DNA from: a virus
Lineage: Duplodnaviria > Caudoviricetes
IMG/VR virus record: IMGVR_UViG_3300049017_000038
Coordinates: 1-33,825 of that record
DNA: 33,825 bases
Strand: one strand, 5' to 3'
Each line of letters begins with the position of its first letter. Position 1 is the stretch's first letter. A program made the position numbers and the translations under genes. A model generated the notes under the pieces. It did not search any database. It saw only the letters and a program-made list of their open reading frames with translations, and was not told where the DNA came from. Below are positions 18,001 to 25,640 of the stretch, piece after piece.

Positions 18001-19312
18001 CCACCGTTGCGCGGGCCGTGTTTGCCAGGCGCGTCTCGGCGCCGGCCAGGTCGTTCGTTGCAATGCCGGCGTCACGCAGGCCGTCGCGTGCAGCACGGGT
18101 AGCCGTCAACTGGTCACGCAGGGCCGCAGACGCGAGCCTGGCGCGGTTTTGAGCGTCGGCCAAGGCCTTGGTGAACTTCTCGCCTGAATCGCCGCCCTGG
18201 CGCACGGCAGCGGCGTACTGTGTCACCTCTGCACGGGCTGCGACGAACTCGGCGCGCGCGGTGCGCAGGCCCGCGGCCTGCTGGCGAAACGTGTCGATCA
18301 GGCCCGCTTGCTCGATGAGCGCCTTCTGCGCCGACGTGAGCGATTTGAACGACGCCTCGTAGTCCTTCACCGGGCCTTTGATCTCGGCGACCGACGCGGC
18401 CAGCTTCTTGACTTCGGCTTCCACGCCGGCAAGCGTCGAGCGTGCAGCGCCGGATGGATTGAGGATGGACGCAACAGCGTCCTTCAGGCTCACGATCTTG
18501 GGCGTCAGGTCTGCGGCGGCACGGGCCAGTGTCTGGTATTGCAGCGTTGCGGCTTGGGCGTCGTCGGCTTGCTTGCGAAGCGAAGTGTCGGCCTTCAGGC
18601 GCTTCTCGGCGGCTTCCGCTTGTTCGAGCGCCCGTTCCCAAGTCAGCACGTAGTCGGCGGACTTGGCGAGCTTAGCGGCGTCGGCCAGCTTCTGCTCGAA
18701 GGCGTTGTTCTCGGTGAGTTCCTTTTCGGCCTGGCGTGCCTTGCGCACGTCGTCAGCGTATGTCGTGATCGCCTGGCTGGTCTTCGCCATAGCCACGCCG
18801 ATCTGCGCGGCTGCGGTGCGAACCTTGTTCTCGGCTTCGGCCAGTTCGGTCGTGGCGATGCCAGCGTCGCGCAACGATTGCGTGAGTTGAACCTGAGTGG
18901 CCTGCTGTCGCTGAAGCGCCTGCTGCGCGCGGTCGTGCGACGCGGACAGCTTGATCAGCTTCTCTTGCTGCTTGTCCGTCACCTCGCTAGCGGCGTCGAG
19001 CTTGGCCTTGTAGTCGGCGTATGCCTTCGACGTTTTCTCGACGCGTTCCTGGGCCTTCTGGATCGCGCCGGCCTGGCGCTCGAACTGGCCGATCAAGTCG
19101 GCCTTGCCCTTCAACTGTTCTTGCGCGATGCCCAGCGCCGCAAGGGACGCTTTCAGTTCGTCGATGGAGACTTCACCGCGTTTGGCGGCGCCGACCTGGC
19201 GGTCGATGGACGCTTCGACATCGCCGATGGACTTAGCGAGCCCTGACAGTTGCTGCTTGCTGCTGCCAAGGTTCGCTCGGACGAGTAGTTCTACTTCTTT
19301 GCGGTCAATCAC
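15005..19312 (-). CDS. Tape measure protein, 1435 aa
   Basis: Long Ala/Gln/Glu/Lys helical protein; tape-measure domain ALEQIFSKGKIGAEELRQQLGD; C-terminal PRYHEGG..GL.PNEVPAIL...EEVL; follows the tail chaperones. Confidence 0.95.
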   Translation of the reverse strand: MIDRKEVELLVRANLGSSKQQLSGLAKSIGDVEASIDRQVGAAKRGEVSIDELKASLAALGIAQEQLKGKADLIGQFERQAGAIQKAQERVEKTSKAYADYKAKLDAASEVTDKQQEKLIKLSASHDRAQQALQRQQATQVQLTQSLRDAGIATTELAEAENKVRTAAAQIGVAMAKTSQAITTYADDVRKARQAEKELTENNAFEQKLADAAKLAKSADYVLTWERALEQAEAAEKRLKADTSLRKQADDAQAATLQYQTLARAAADLTPKIVSLKDAVASILNPSGAARSTLAGVEAEVKKLAASVAEIKGPVKDYEASFKSLTSAQKALIEQAGLIDTFRQQAAGLRTARAEFVAARAEVTQYAAAVRQGGDSGEKFTKALADAQNRARLASAALRDQLTATRAARDGLRDAGIATNDLAGAETRLANTARATVGAVQGLTAAVDQYGQATTRARKGGGLFGDEGRTTLSLAQRFRGEILALASAYVGLQGSISLAKGSLDAFNARASIKSILGVSLDTTNRETIDAEYAYVKGQSDRIGLVFDKTAEQFAKFSVAAAKSGRSRQEIRFIFESFAEAGRVMNLTGEQTERVFKALEQIFSKGKIGAEELRQQLGDSGLAGVFEVAQQALKKQFPDLNKAMQEGKVGVENLVLIAEAYRKMVGEQLPAAQKTLAAEQARVNNAVFDFKNAIADAGFADEFRKALIEITNFLKSEQGAKFAQGLSAKFTLVAKGIVLILENIDLLIAAATTFFGIWALGRVNGMVEDLKKLKDAAGGAGTSIKSIGGAVGIAQAALIGWQIGTILSDKFDIVKKAGAAMVFALNGYWATIKAAFGFAFDAVPIIAKNVFVDILNAATFFVRKLLGVFGAIAKAAGMDTVVAELEKVANALTVTTTGGVAAAFEKRREQLKKEIAADREIFRQQLADIDNPPVAAVAPKAVAGQTASPGKTSGKTGPTEAEINKRARAIEAIKSALEAIDARIDKSNKDLLQPQLDAIDAQFQHLKRQIEKLGGPESKKFLDELVQLTFQAKQDVLRKFNDGIGKEQEAITRKLEAVDAAAGRKSKFELQERLNAISTGYEATYRQIADFRQKLIENNRDPEPADRAKERLDAGVAELKQLELRKFATEELARREKLVTEEIEARDKRIAAVRAQLEVGKIDSGEAADQINAINAQAVPGIQAAAAATREWALAHETIFANPEQMAAFLAVLDATALKATQVKTEFDAIGKTVVSGGLAALNTGIEGIVNSLGEMFKGQKSVAEGFKDIARGAAGVFAKFLQDIAVAIIKLQIFNLMKQSGNPIIAAIGTAGAASVGVNHAGGIIGRPSNRMRRVNPAMFANAPRYHEGGFAGLRPNEVPAILEKNEEVLDKNNPRNALNGGLLGGGQQGGSKGQRVVLVDDRSKIPEAMSSAEGEDVIVQTIRRNIPTIKQMMR

Positions 19313-19634
19313 TTTCGTCCATCCTTTCGAGGGTCTTCATCAGCAGCTTCCCCGTGTCCTTCGAGAAGATGCTGCCGATTACCAACTGCATCAACGCGGC
19401 GTCCCGCTGGACACAAAGCGCGTTGCGCTGACGGACGATGCGAGCCTCAGACCAGACATGCGCTACGGGATAGTGCCGTGCGTCAGCGTGCCCTGCGGCT
19501 AACAACAAGCTCACATCGCGGCGAAGCCCAAGGTAAAAGCGAATTACTTCGCTCTCTTGCTCGTCTTCGTGGCTGTCCCCGTCACTGCCTTCGTTTTGCC
19601 TAGGAGAGCCGCGATTGCCCCCAAGGCTTTTTTT
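19305..19634 (-). CDS. Tail assembly chaperone, -1 frameshift extension (gpT-like part of gpGT)
   Basis: The -1 frame is open from the A7 run (19628-19634) to the stop at 19305: KKSLGGNRGSPRQNEGSDGDSHEDEQESEVIRFYLGLRRDVSLLLAAGHADARHYP... Confidence 0.8.
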   Translation of the reverse strand, partial: KKSLGGNRGSPRQNEGSDGDSHEDEQESEVIRFYLGLRRDVSLLLAAGHADARHYPVAHVWSEARIVRQRNALCVQRDAALMQLVIGSIFSKDTGKLLMKTLERMDESD

Positions 19635-19996
19635 ACTTCACCGATCTCCGTGAACGTCAACTCGAACACCAGCATGAGCGCAGCAACCTGTGCGCTGAAC
19701 GGCCATGACTGGATCGTCGCTGCACCTTCGGGTTCGCCGGCAGCGCACGCGATGATGTTCGCGGCCAGGCCGGGCGCCTGCGTCACGACGGGCATCGCCA
19801 GCTTCAGCCAGTCTTCCGTCGTCAGCGATTCGAGCGAACCTTCCTTGCGGAACAAATCCACCACGGCTTCCAGGTCGGGCGCGTGCGCCATGACCAGCGT
19901 GGCAATGTGCTCAAGGGACAGGCCCTGGACTTCTCCAAGAACCTGCCCCTTGACTTCGATAACACGCTTTTCGGGCGTGTATGCGCGAAGAGCCAT
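19544..19996 (-). CDS. Tail assembly chaperone (gpG-like), about 150 aa
   Basis: Lies between the tail tube and TMP genes; GGAG RBS before ATG 19996; GEVKK slippery region. Confidence 0.85.
   Translation of the reverse strand: MALRAYTPEKRVIEVKGQVLGEVQGLSLEHIATLVMAHAPDLEAVVDLFRKEGSLESLTTEDWLKLAMPVVTQAPGLAANIIACAAGEPEGAATIQSWPFSAQVAALMLVFELTFTEIGEVKKALGAIAALLGKTKAVTGTATKTSKRAK
19628..19634 (-). other. -1 ribosomal frameshift slippery site (GTA AAA AAA GCC)
   Basis: In-frame A AAA AAA heptamer near the end of the chaperone gene, with an open -1 frame downstream. Confidence 0.78.
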
Positions 19997-20008
19997 CAAG
20001 CTCTCCGC

Positions 20009-20818
20009 TTAGGCCGCGCGACCGTCAACGTAGACGGCTTCGAGGTTGCCGCGCTTCAGCACCTCGAAGGTGAAGCCGATGTTCTGCCAGTCGTCACCCT
20101 TCAGGCTGAAGTCGCCGTCCGGGCTGATCTTCACGTAGGGGCAGTACACGTCGCGGTTCTTGCCCTTGGGGTTCTTGGCGATGAACTTGATCTGGCCGTA
20201 GATCGACTGCGAGGCCGAGATGACCTGTTCGCGCTCGACCGCCGTGGTGTCGTAAGTCAGTTGGACTTCGGTGCCGGCAGCGTCGATGCCGGGGGCGTCA
20301 GGCAGGACGTACAGGAGGGCCAGGTCTTCATCGACTTCCCAATTGGTAGCGGCAGGCACGTCGGTTGCATAGCTCACGCCCTTGCCGATGACCAGGTTGT
20401 CAATCGCGCGCACGCCGGTCGGGTTGCTCGCGCTTTGCCCGATCTGGTAGGTGAAGCCGCGCTTGAGCGTGATCACCTCGTCGATGTCCGCGACAGCGGA
20501 TTGGCTGACCGTGCCGGCCTCGCCCAGGAACAGCAGCGCCAGGTTGCCGATGTCGATGTTGTCGGTGTTGAACTTGCCCGAGCGGTCCATGGTCAGTTGG
20601 ACGGAATCGTCCTTGACCTTGACGCCGCTGTCGCTGTCGAAGTGATCGAGGTCTTCGGCGGAAGACGTGATCGACACCTCGGGCGTGTTGCCGATGTAGC
20701 GATAGCCGTCGCCCACGGTCGTGCTGTCAACTTCGACGTTCGCCGCAAAGCGGTCGAACAAGACTTCCCCACGGCCAAGGACATAGTTCTTGCCGTCGCG
20801 GTCTGCGGTGATTGCCAT
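20009..20818 (-). CDS. Major tail tube protein, 269 aa
   Basis: NYVLGRGEVLF, RYIGNTPE, DHFDSDSG..VKD, NPKG.NRD...P.V...PDGDFSLKGDDW motifs of Chi/Nazgul-like tubes; AGGAG RBS. Confidence 0.88.
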   Translation of the reverse strand: MAITADRDGKNYVLGRGEVLFDRFAANVEVDSTTVGDGYRYIGNTPEVSITSSAEDLDHFDSDSGVKVKDDSVQLTMDRSGKFNTDNIDIGNLALLFLGEAGTVSQSAVADIDEVITLKRGFTYQIGQSASNPTGVRAIDNLVIGKGVSYATDVPAATNWEVDEDLALLYVLPDAPGIDAAGTEVQLTYDTTAVEREQVISASQSIYGQIKFIAKNPKGKNRDVYCPYVKISPDGDFSLKGDDWQNIGFTFEVLKRGNLEAVYVDGRAA

Positions 20819-20883
20819 TTGAATGCTCCTGAAGAAAAGTGGATTGAATAACAGGCAGTGGAATTATCAACGGAACTGTTGAG

Positions 20884-21375
20884 CTATCCAACACCCAGCG
20901 CGAGGCCAATGCGCAACGGCAAAAGGAAACACGCCTTGGCCGCAGGCGTGGTGCTAGGGGGCCGCACCACTGGCGGCAGAATCTTGAAGTCCGTGAAACG
21001 CGGATTACCCTCGTCGTCAGGCAGCATGTACGCGTCATCGCCCACCAGCAGAATTTCGGCCAGGCGCGCTTCCACGTCGGTGAGCAACGGGTACAGCGGG
21101 TCTGTCGGGTTCATCACGTCATCGCTCGCCCAGCCTTGCAGCAGGATGTCCCACTGCTCGTGACGGACTGCGCCGCCGCCGCCGTAGATCGCGCCCGCAT
21201 CCGGTTTAGGCGCTTCGATGATCGACAGCATCGGAACAGGATCGTTGTTGCCGAATTCCAGCCGCCCACGAAACACCTTGCCGTCGAGATCGTGCGCGAA
21301 CCCATCATCGACGGTGATCCCTTCAAGATGCTCAGTGAGCGCCTTCAGGACGGCGAGACGAGGATGGTCAGCCAC
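20884..21375 (-). CDS. Tail terminator-like protein, 163 aa
   Basis: RL.VLKALT..L..IT...G, VFRGR..FG, QGW..DD..NPTDP motifs; precedes the tube gene. Confidence 0.7.
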   Translation of the reverse strand: MADHPRLAVLKALTEHLEGITVDDGFAHDLDGKVFRGRLEFGNNDPVPMLSIIEAPKPDAGAIYGGGGAVRHEQWDILLQGWASDDVMNPTDPLYPLLTDVEARLAEILLVGDDAYMLPDDEGNPRFTDFKILPPVVRPPSTTPAAKACFLLPLRIGLALGVG

Positions 21376-21961
21376 GGCGCGTCAACCTCGTGAAGTGATG
21401 CAGGAACCGGCGCGACAGGCGCCGACCGAGATCGGGCGCCACGTCGTGTGCGACACCCTTGAAGACTTGCTCGACGGACGGGCCGTACAGCAAGAACACG
21501 TTGTCAGCCAGGCGCACGGCCTTGTCCGAGTTGCGCAGCGACTCACCCGGCTTCAGGCGCACGGCGACGCCGCGGTTGCCGTTCTTCAGGTCCACCATGA
21601 AGCCCTTGGACAGCACTCGCGTCTGCCCCTTCTTCACCTGTACCCGCACGCCGCGACCGCGCGTGTTGGCGGGCGTCTGGCCGGCCGCGAAGCGACCCAG
21701 CGACGTGGCCCTGTCACGAGCCTTGATCGTGGCTTCCAGCATGCCCTTGGACGCACGCTTCCCCACGCGCAGGCGTTCGCCTTCGAGGTAGCCCGCGGGA
21801 AAGTCGATCTGCGAGCGCGTCTCTTTGCGGATCGCGACCATGCCTTCGCCACCCACCACGTCGTTGATCGCGAAGACGGCTGCGTCTTCAGCATCGTCAG
21901 GCAGTTGCGTGAAGAACTGCTTCACGTCGGCGAACGCGTTTTGCTGGATGAAGGCGCTCAT
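21368..21961 (-). CDS. Neck/tail completion protein (gpZ-like), 197 aa
   Basis: Basic protein; RATSLGRF, LLYGPSVEQVF motifs; ATG at 21961 overlaps the upstream stop. Confidence 0.7.
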   Translation of the reverse strand: MSAFIQQNAFADVKQFFTQLPDDAEDAAVFAINDVVGGEGMVAIRKETRSQIDFPAGYLEGERLRVGKRASKGMLEATIKARDRATSLGRFAAGQTPANTRGRGVRVQVKKGQTRVLSKGFMVDLKNGNRGVAVRLKPGESLRNSDKAVRLADNVFLLYGPSVEQVFKGVAHDVAPDLGRRLSRRFLHHFTRLTRRG

Positions 21962-22308
21962 GTTGGCGGCGCCTCTGTGACTTGCCACACGCGTTGCAGC
22001 GGACCGTCCTTCGGTTCCAACACGTTAAGGACGAACACCTGGCCTGTGGAGAATTCCACACGCCCACCGCGAATGAATTCAACGTCGGGCGTGTCTTCAG
22101 GAAACACCACGATCCGGTCAATGCCCTGGATGATCTGCGCGTAGCCTTCGTTGTTCGGATCGCCGAACAGTTCGAGCTTGTTGTGCCACCGCGCCCTGAT
22201 CTCGACAGGTTCACTCACCACATCGTCCGAATAGAGCGCGTCAATGCCATACACCTCGTGTACGACACGACGCGCTTTCTTCATCGTTTCAACGATGTCG
22301 AAGGCCAT
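21958..22308 (-). CDS. Head-tail joining protein (gpFII-like), 116 aa
   Basis: KARRVVHE...ARWHNK motif; position in the head-tail block. Confidence 0.65.
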   Translation of the reverse strand: MAFDIVETMKKARRVVHEVYGIDALYSDDVVSEPVEIRARWHNKLELFGDPNNEGYAQIIQGIDRIVVFPEDTPDVEFIRGGRVEFSTGQVFVLNVLEPKDGPLQRVWQVTEAPPT

Positions 22309-22311
22309 CGA

Positions 22312-22677
22312 TCAGATGTCCTCTTCCAGCGTATCGGGCACGTCCAGGCCGGTAGCCGCAGCCATCTCGACCACTTTGCCTTTGGCGTCGGCAGCAGCCT
22401 GCTTCAGCTTGTTGTCCGTGGGCGCGGCCTTGGCAGCGGTGGCGGCTTCTTCAGCGGCCTTGACCAGCTTGGCAAAGTCGTTCGCGACCTTCTTGCTCAC
22501 CGCGTTGGCGGGGACGTTGCCGCCTTCGTTCACGGGCTCGCGCACCTTGTCGCCCAAGTCCTTGACTTCGGCCGGGGTGAACTCGAACGGCTTGCCGCTC
22601 TTGGCCTTCACACGCTTGCCTTCACGCATGACCGTGATGCTGTGGTTCGGTACGCGGGTCATCATCTTTTCGCTCAT
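22312..22677 (-). CDS. Hypothetical protein after the capsid gene, 121 aa
   Basis: AGGAG RBS before MSEKMMTRVPNHSI; Ala/Lys-rich C-terminus. The track's longer ORF overlaps the MCP and is unlikely. Confidence 0.7.
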   Translation of the reverse strand: MSEKMMTRVPNHSITVMREGKRVKAKSGKPFEFTPAEVKDLGDKVREPVNEGGNVPANAVSKKVANDFAKLVKAAEEAATAAKAAPTDNKLKQAAADAKGKVVEMAAATGLDVPDTLEEDI

Positions 22678-22712
22678 CGCATTTCTCCTGAGAATTTGTT
22701 GTTGGCTTTCAT

Positions 22713-22740
22713 GAAAGAGAAGCCGCGCGTGCGGCCTCTC
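22713..22740 (-). terminator. Probable rho-independent terminator after the major capsid gene
   Basis: Minus strand GAGAGGCCGC-ACGC-GCGGCTTCTC-TTTC: 10-bp stem with one G-U pair and a short U tract. Confidence 0.55.
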
Positions 22741-22757
22741 GATCAGTCGTAGCTCGA

Positions 22758-23813
22758 TCAGCCGTTCACGTTGATCTTGAACGACGCGTTGGGGTTCACC
22801 GGCACCATCAGCGGAGCCGACTGGCTCAGCAGGTACTCGACGGACGGATCGTTCTCGCGCCAGTTCTTGAAGAAGAAGTCGAGCGGCTTGTAGTCCGCGT
22901 CGGCGTCCATGATCGCGCCGAAGCAGCGCACGCCACGGATGTCGGCGTAGCCACACACGGCGTCTTGATCAAGGAAGAACTGCTCGTTGCCGTCTTCATC
23001 GAGGTACTTGGACGTGTCCACCCAGGCCTCGATACGACCGCCGCCGTCGTTGCCCTGGATCACGCCCATGAACTCCTGGCCTTCATAGCCATCGGTCATC
23101 AGCGTGATGCGCGAGCCGTCGTTGCCGCCGTAGTTCTTGTTCATGAACTCCTTCAGGTCCACTTGCGCCGCGAAGAAGTCCCAGGCGTCTTGCCCGAACA
23201 CCATCTTGCTGACGCGCGCACCCGACAGGCCGTTCGCGAGCACGCGCACCTCCTTGATGTCGGCCAGGGGGTCGGAAGTGGTCTGCGACCAGCGGGCGCC
23301 GGTCGTCAGCGTGACCGTCAGGTCGGCGTCGCGACGGAAGTCGATGGTGACGGACGGGTAGTCCTCGCCCGAGATCGTCACAGCACCTTCGATCAGCGCC
23401 TTCGCGGCCAGCCATTCGTTCCGGTTCTGGAACTTGACCTTCGCCATGCGCAGCAGTTCGGCGATCACCGCGTCACGGCGCTGGCCGATGGTCAGCGAAC
23501 CGCTGATGGGGGTTTCGCCAGGCATGCGCTGGATGTGCATCGTCGGGTCCACGCGATCCTTGATCTTCACGTAAGCAGGCTTGAAGCGCTCCACCGTGTA
23601 GCCCGAGAGCTTCTGCGGACGGCCAGCCATCGTCGGCATGACGAACGGCGCAATGCCGCGGTCGTCGCCGAACACCTTGTCGAAGACGATTTCCGGCGTG
23701 TCGAAGTTGATCTGGCGCCCGAAGGCACCCAGGTAGAAAGGCTTGATGGTCGGCACTTGCGCGCGGAACACTTCCATCAGCGTCGCCAGGTCGTAGTAGT
23801 TCAGGTCGGCCAT
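22758..23813 (-). CDS. Major capsid protein, lambda gpE family, 351 aa
   Basis: GGAG RBS before MADLNYYD; IAPFVMP, FKPAYVK, EWLAA.AL..G...I.GEDYP...IDF.RD, DPS..YLLSQSAPLMVP motifs. Confidence 0.93.
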   Translation of the reverse strand: MADLNYYDLATLMEVFRAQVPTIKPFYLGAFGRQINFDTPEIVFDKVFGDDRGIAPFVMPTMAGRPQKLSGYTVERFKPAYVKIKDRVDPTMHIQRMPGETPISGSLTIGQRRDAVIAELLRMAKVKFQNRNEWLAAKALIEGAVTISGEDYPSVTIDFRRDADLTVTLTTGARWSQTTSDPLADIKEVRVLANGLSGARVSKMVFGQDAWDFFAAQVDLKEFMNKNYGGNDGSRITLMTDGYEGQEFMGVIQGNDGGGRIEAWVDTSKYLDEDGNEQFFLDQDAVCGYADIRGVRCFGAIMDADADYKPLDFFFKNWRENDPSVEYLLSQSAPLMVPVNPNASFKINVNG

Positions 23814-23851
23814 GTTGATTCTCCGTTTGTTTGAAGGTTGTGGTCCGCTGC

Positions 23852-24235
23852 TTAGGCCCCGACGGGGTTGTTCAGCAGATGGCCGATGTAGATGCTCGTG
23901 CCGTTGACGAACGCCTTGCGCTTGGCTTCGGTGTCGTACTCGGCCGGCCAGGTGAGCGCGGCGTGGTTGAAGTGGCCGGACTTGTAGTACGACACCACCT
24001 TGCTCGCGGCCGATGCGGCATTGGCCGCGACGACCATCTGGTCCTTGGTGTGCGTGGCGTCCACGTAGGGCGTGATGCCGGTCGCCGTCAGCGCACACAC
24101 CTCGTACTGCGCGATGGCAGCGAGCGACGTAGCGGTGTCGGTGATGACCGGCGCTTGGCCTGCGAAGGGCTGCGTCGGCGCTGCCGACGTTTGTTGGTCT
24201 TGACCAGCCAGGGGCGGGTAAACGGTGTTGCTCAT
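23852..24235 (-). CDS. Head decoration protein (gpD-like), 127 aa
   Basis: Between protease and MCP; YYKSGHFNHAALTWP motif; AGGAG RBS. Confidence 0.82.
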   Translation of the reverse strand: MSNTVYPPLAGQDQQTSAAPTQPFAGQAPVITDTATSLAAIAQYEVCALTATGITPYVDATHTKDQMVVAANAASAASKVVSYYKSGHFNHAALTWPAEYDTEAKRKAFVNGTSIYIGHLLNNPVGA

Positions 24236-24272
24236 GAATTTCTCCTGAGAGTTGAAGAGGGTTGTAGGCCGT

Positions 24273-24737
24273 TTACTTGGCCGCGTGCTTGATGCCGGTC
24301 ATGGCCGTCTGCGCTGCGAGGATGCCGGCAGCAGCGGACGGTGCGCCGTCTGCGGCCGGACCGCCTTCGGTGCCGACGTTGGGGCCACCGCCCGTTGCGT
24401 TCATGGCTTTTTCCAGCGGGTTCGCCGTTGCCTTGGCGGTCGCGGCCGGCGCAGCGGCCAGTGCCTTCTTCGCGTCATCCACCGACATGTCGGTGTGCAT
24501 CGCGAAGTGGTTCGCCAGACCTTCGCGACCCTTGGCTTCTTCGCAGCCCATGATGCCGCTCACGCGAGCACGTTCGGCAGTGCGAGCTTCGGCGGCAGCG
24601 GTCGCCGTTGCCGCCTGTGCGGTTGCAGCGGTTTGCGCCGCCGTGGATGCAGCGGCTGCTGCGGCTTGTGCAGCGGCTTGCGCTGCTGCGTCGGGTGCCG
24701 GCGTGGTAGATGCGCCCGGCTCGGTTGCTGTCGTCAT
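24273..24737 (-). CDS. Nested in-frame scaffolding protein (Nu3-like), 154 aa
   Basis: AAGGAG RBS inside the protease gene before MTTATEPG; Ala-rich; ERARVSGIMGCEEAKGRE.LA motif; same arrangement as lambda C/Nu3. Confidence 0.72.
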   Translation of the reverse strand: MTTATEPGASTTPAPDAAAQAAAQAAAAAASTAAQTAATAQAATATAAAEARTAERARVSGIMGCEEAKGREGLANHFAMHTDMSVDDAKKALAAAPAATAKATANPLEKAMNATGGGPNVGTEGGPAADGAPSAAAGILAAQTAMTGIKHAAK

Positions 24738-25640
24738 TGCTGACTCCTTCTTCACAGGTTGAGGTTTCGAGCCGGAAAGCTCGCCGAGAAACGCCTGCAC
24801 CGCCTCTTCAGGCGACGCAATTGCGTCGATAAGGCCGAGAGCCAATGCTTCTTCGGCGCGAAAGGTTGCAGCTTCGGTGTCACGCACCACGTCTGCTTTG
24901 AGATCACGGTGCTTCGCCATCAGAGCGACGAAGGATTCGCCTGTCTTGTTCACGCTGGCTTGGATGGACTTCTTCACGGACGGCGGCAGCGCCTCGTAAG
25001 GGTTGCCATCCACCTTGTGTTCGCCAAAGTGGATGAACGTGATATCGACGCCGAAGTCCTTCAGCATCTTGCTCATGTCCATGTGCATTACGACCACGCC
25101 GATGGAGCCGGCGCCGCCGCTGGGCGTTGACACGATTCGGCCGGCGCCGCTGGCAATCGCATAGCCTGCGCTGTAGGCCGACGAATCCACGAACGCCATG
25201 CTCGGCTTCTTGCCGCGAGCGTTGAAGATTTCAGCAGCAGTCTCGAAGCACCCGGCCACTTCGCCGCCATAGCTCGACACGTCGTAGAGGATGCCCTTCA
25301 CGTCGTCATCGGCCAGGGCGAGGTTGGTCTGCGCGCGCAGGAAGTTGTAGCCGGTCACGTAGCCGTAGCTGCCGCCGAAGCGGTTGATCAACGTGCCGGT
25401 CACAGGGATGATCGCGATGCCGCCTGCGAAGGCAAACGGCTTGTTCTGTTCTTGCGGGCTGAAGCCGTAGGCCGCGCACAGTTCGGCACGGCGATGCTCC
25501 ATGAACTTCGCGTGCTGTTCGACGGCATCGGCCTTCGACATCTGCATCAGGTCGTTGGAGATGTTCGAGTACGCCGCTGCAATCGCAACGGGGTTCAGGT
25601 TCATGCGCTGGAGCGCGCCGCGGGCGATAAGGTCGCTCAT
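24273..25640 (-). CDS. Prohead protease, S49 family (lambda gpC-like), 455 aa
   Basis: IAIIPVTGTL, DVSSYGGEVAGCFE, AYSAGYAIAS (catalytic Ser), GSIGVV, HKVDGNPYE. Likely start is MSDLIARG at 25640, overlapping the portal stop. Confidence 0.92.
   Translation of the reverse strand: MSDLIARGALQRMNLNPVAIAAAYSNISNDLMQMSKADAVEQHAKFMEHRRAELCAAYGFSPQEQNKPFAFAGGIAIIPVTGTLINRFGGSYGYVTGYNFLRAQTNLALADDDVKGILYDVSSYGGEVAGCFETAAEIFNARGKKPSMAFVDSSAYSAGYAIASGAGRIVSTPSGGAGSIGVVVMHMDMSKMLKDFGVDITFIHFGEHKVDGNPYEALPPSVKKSIQASVNKTGESFVALMAKHRDLKADVVRDTEAATFRAEEALALGLIDAIASPEEAVQAFLGELSGSKPQPVKKESAMTTATEPGASTTPAPDAAAQAAAQAAAAAASTAAQTAATAQAATATAAAEARTAERARVSGIMGCEEAKGREGLANHFAMHTDMSVDDAKKALAAAPAATAKATANPLEKAMNATGGGPNVGTEGGPAADGAPSAAAGILAAQTAMTGIKHAAK

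Noticed and set aside
24580-24700. GCN-rich quasi-repeat
   Set aside because: Ala-rich low-complexity coding sequence of the scaffold, not a repeat array.
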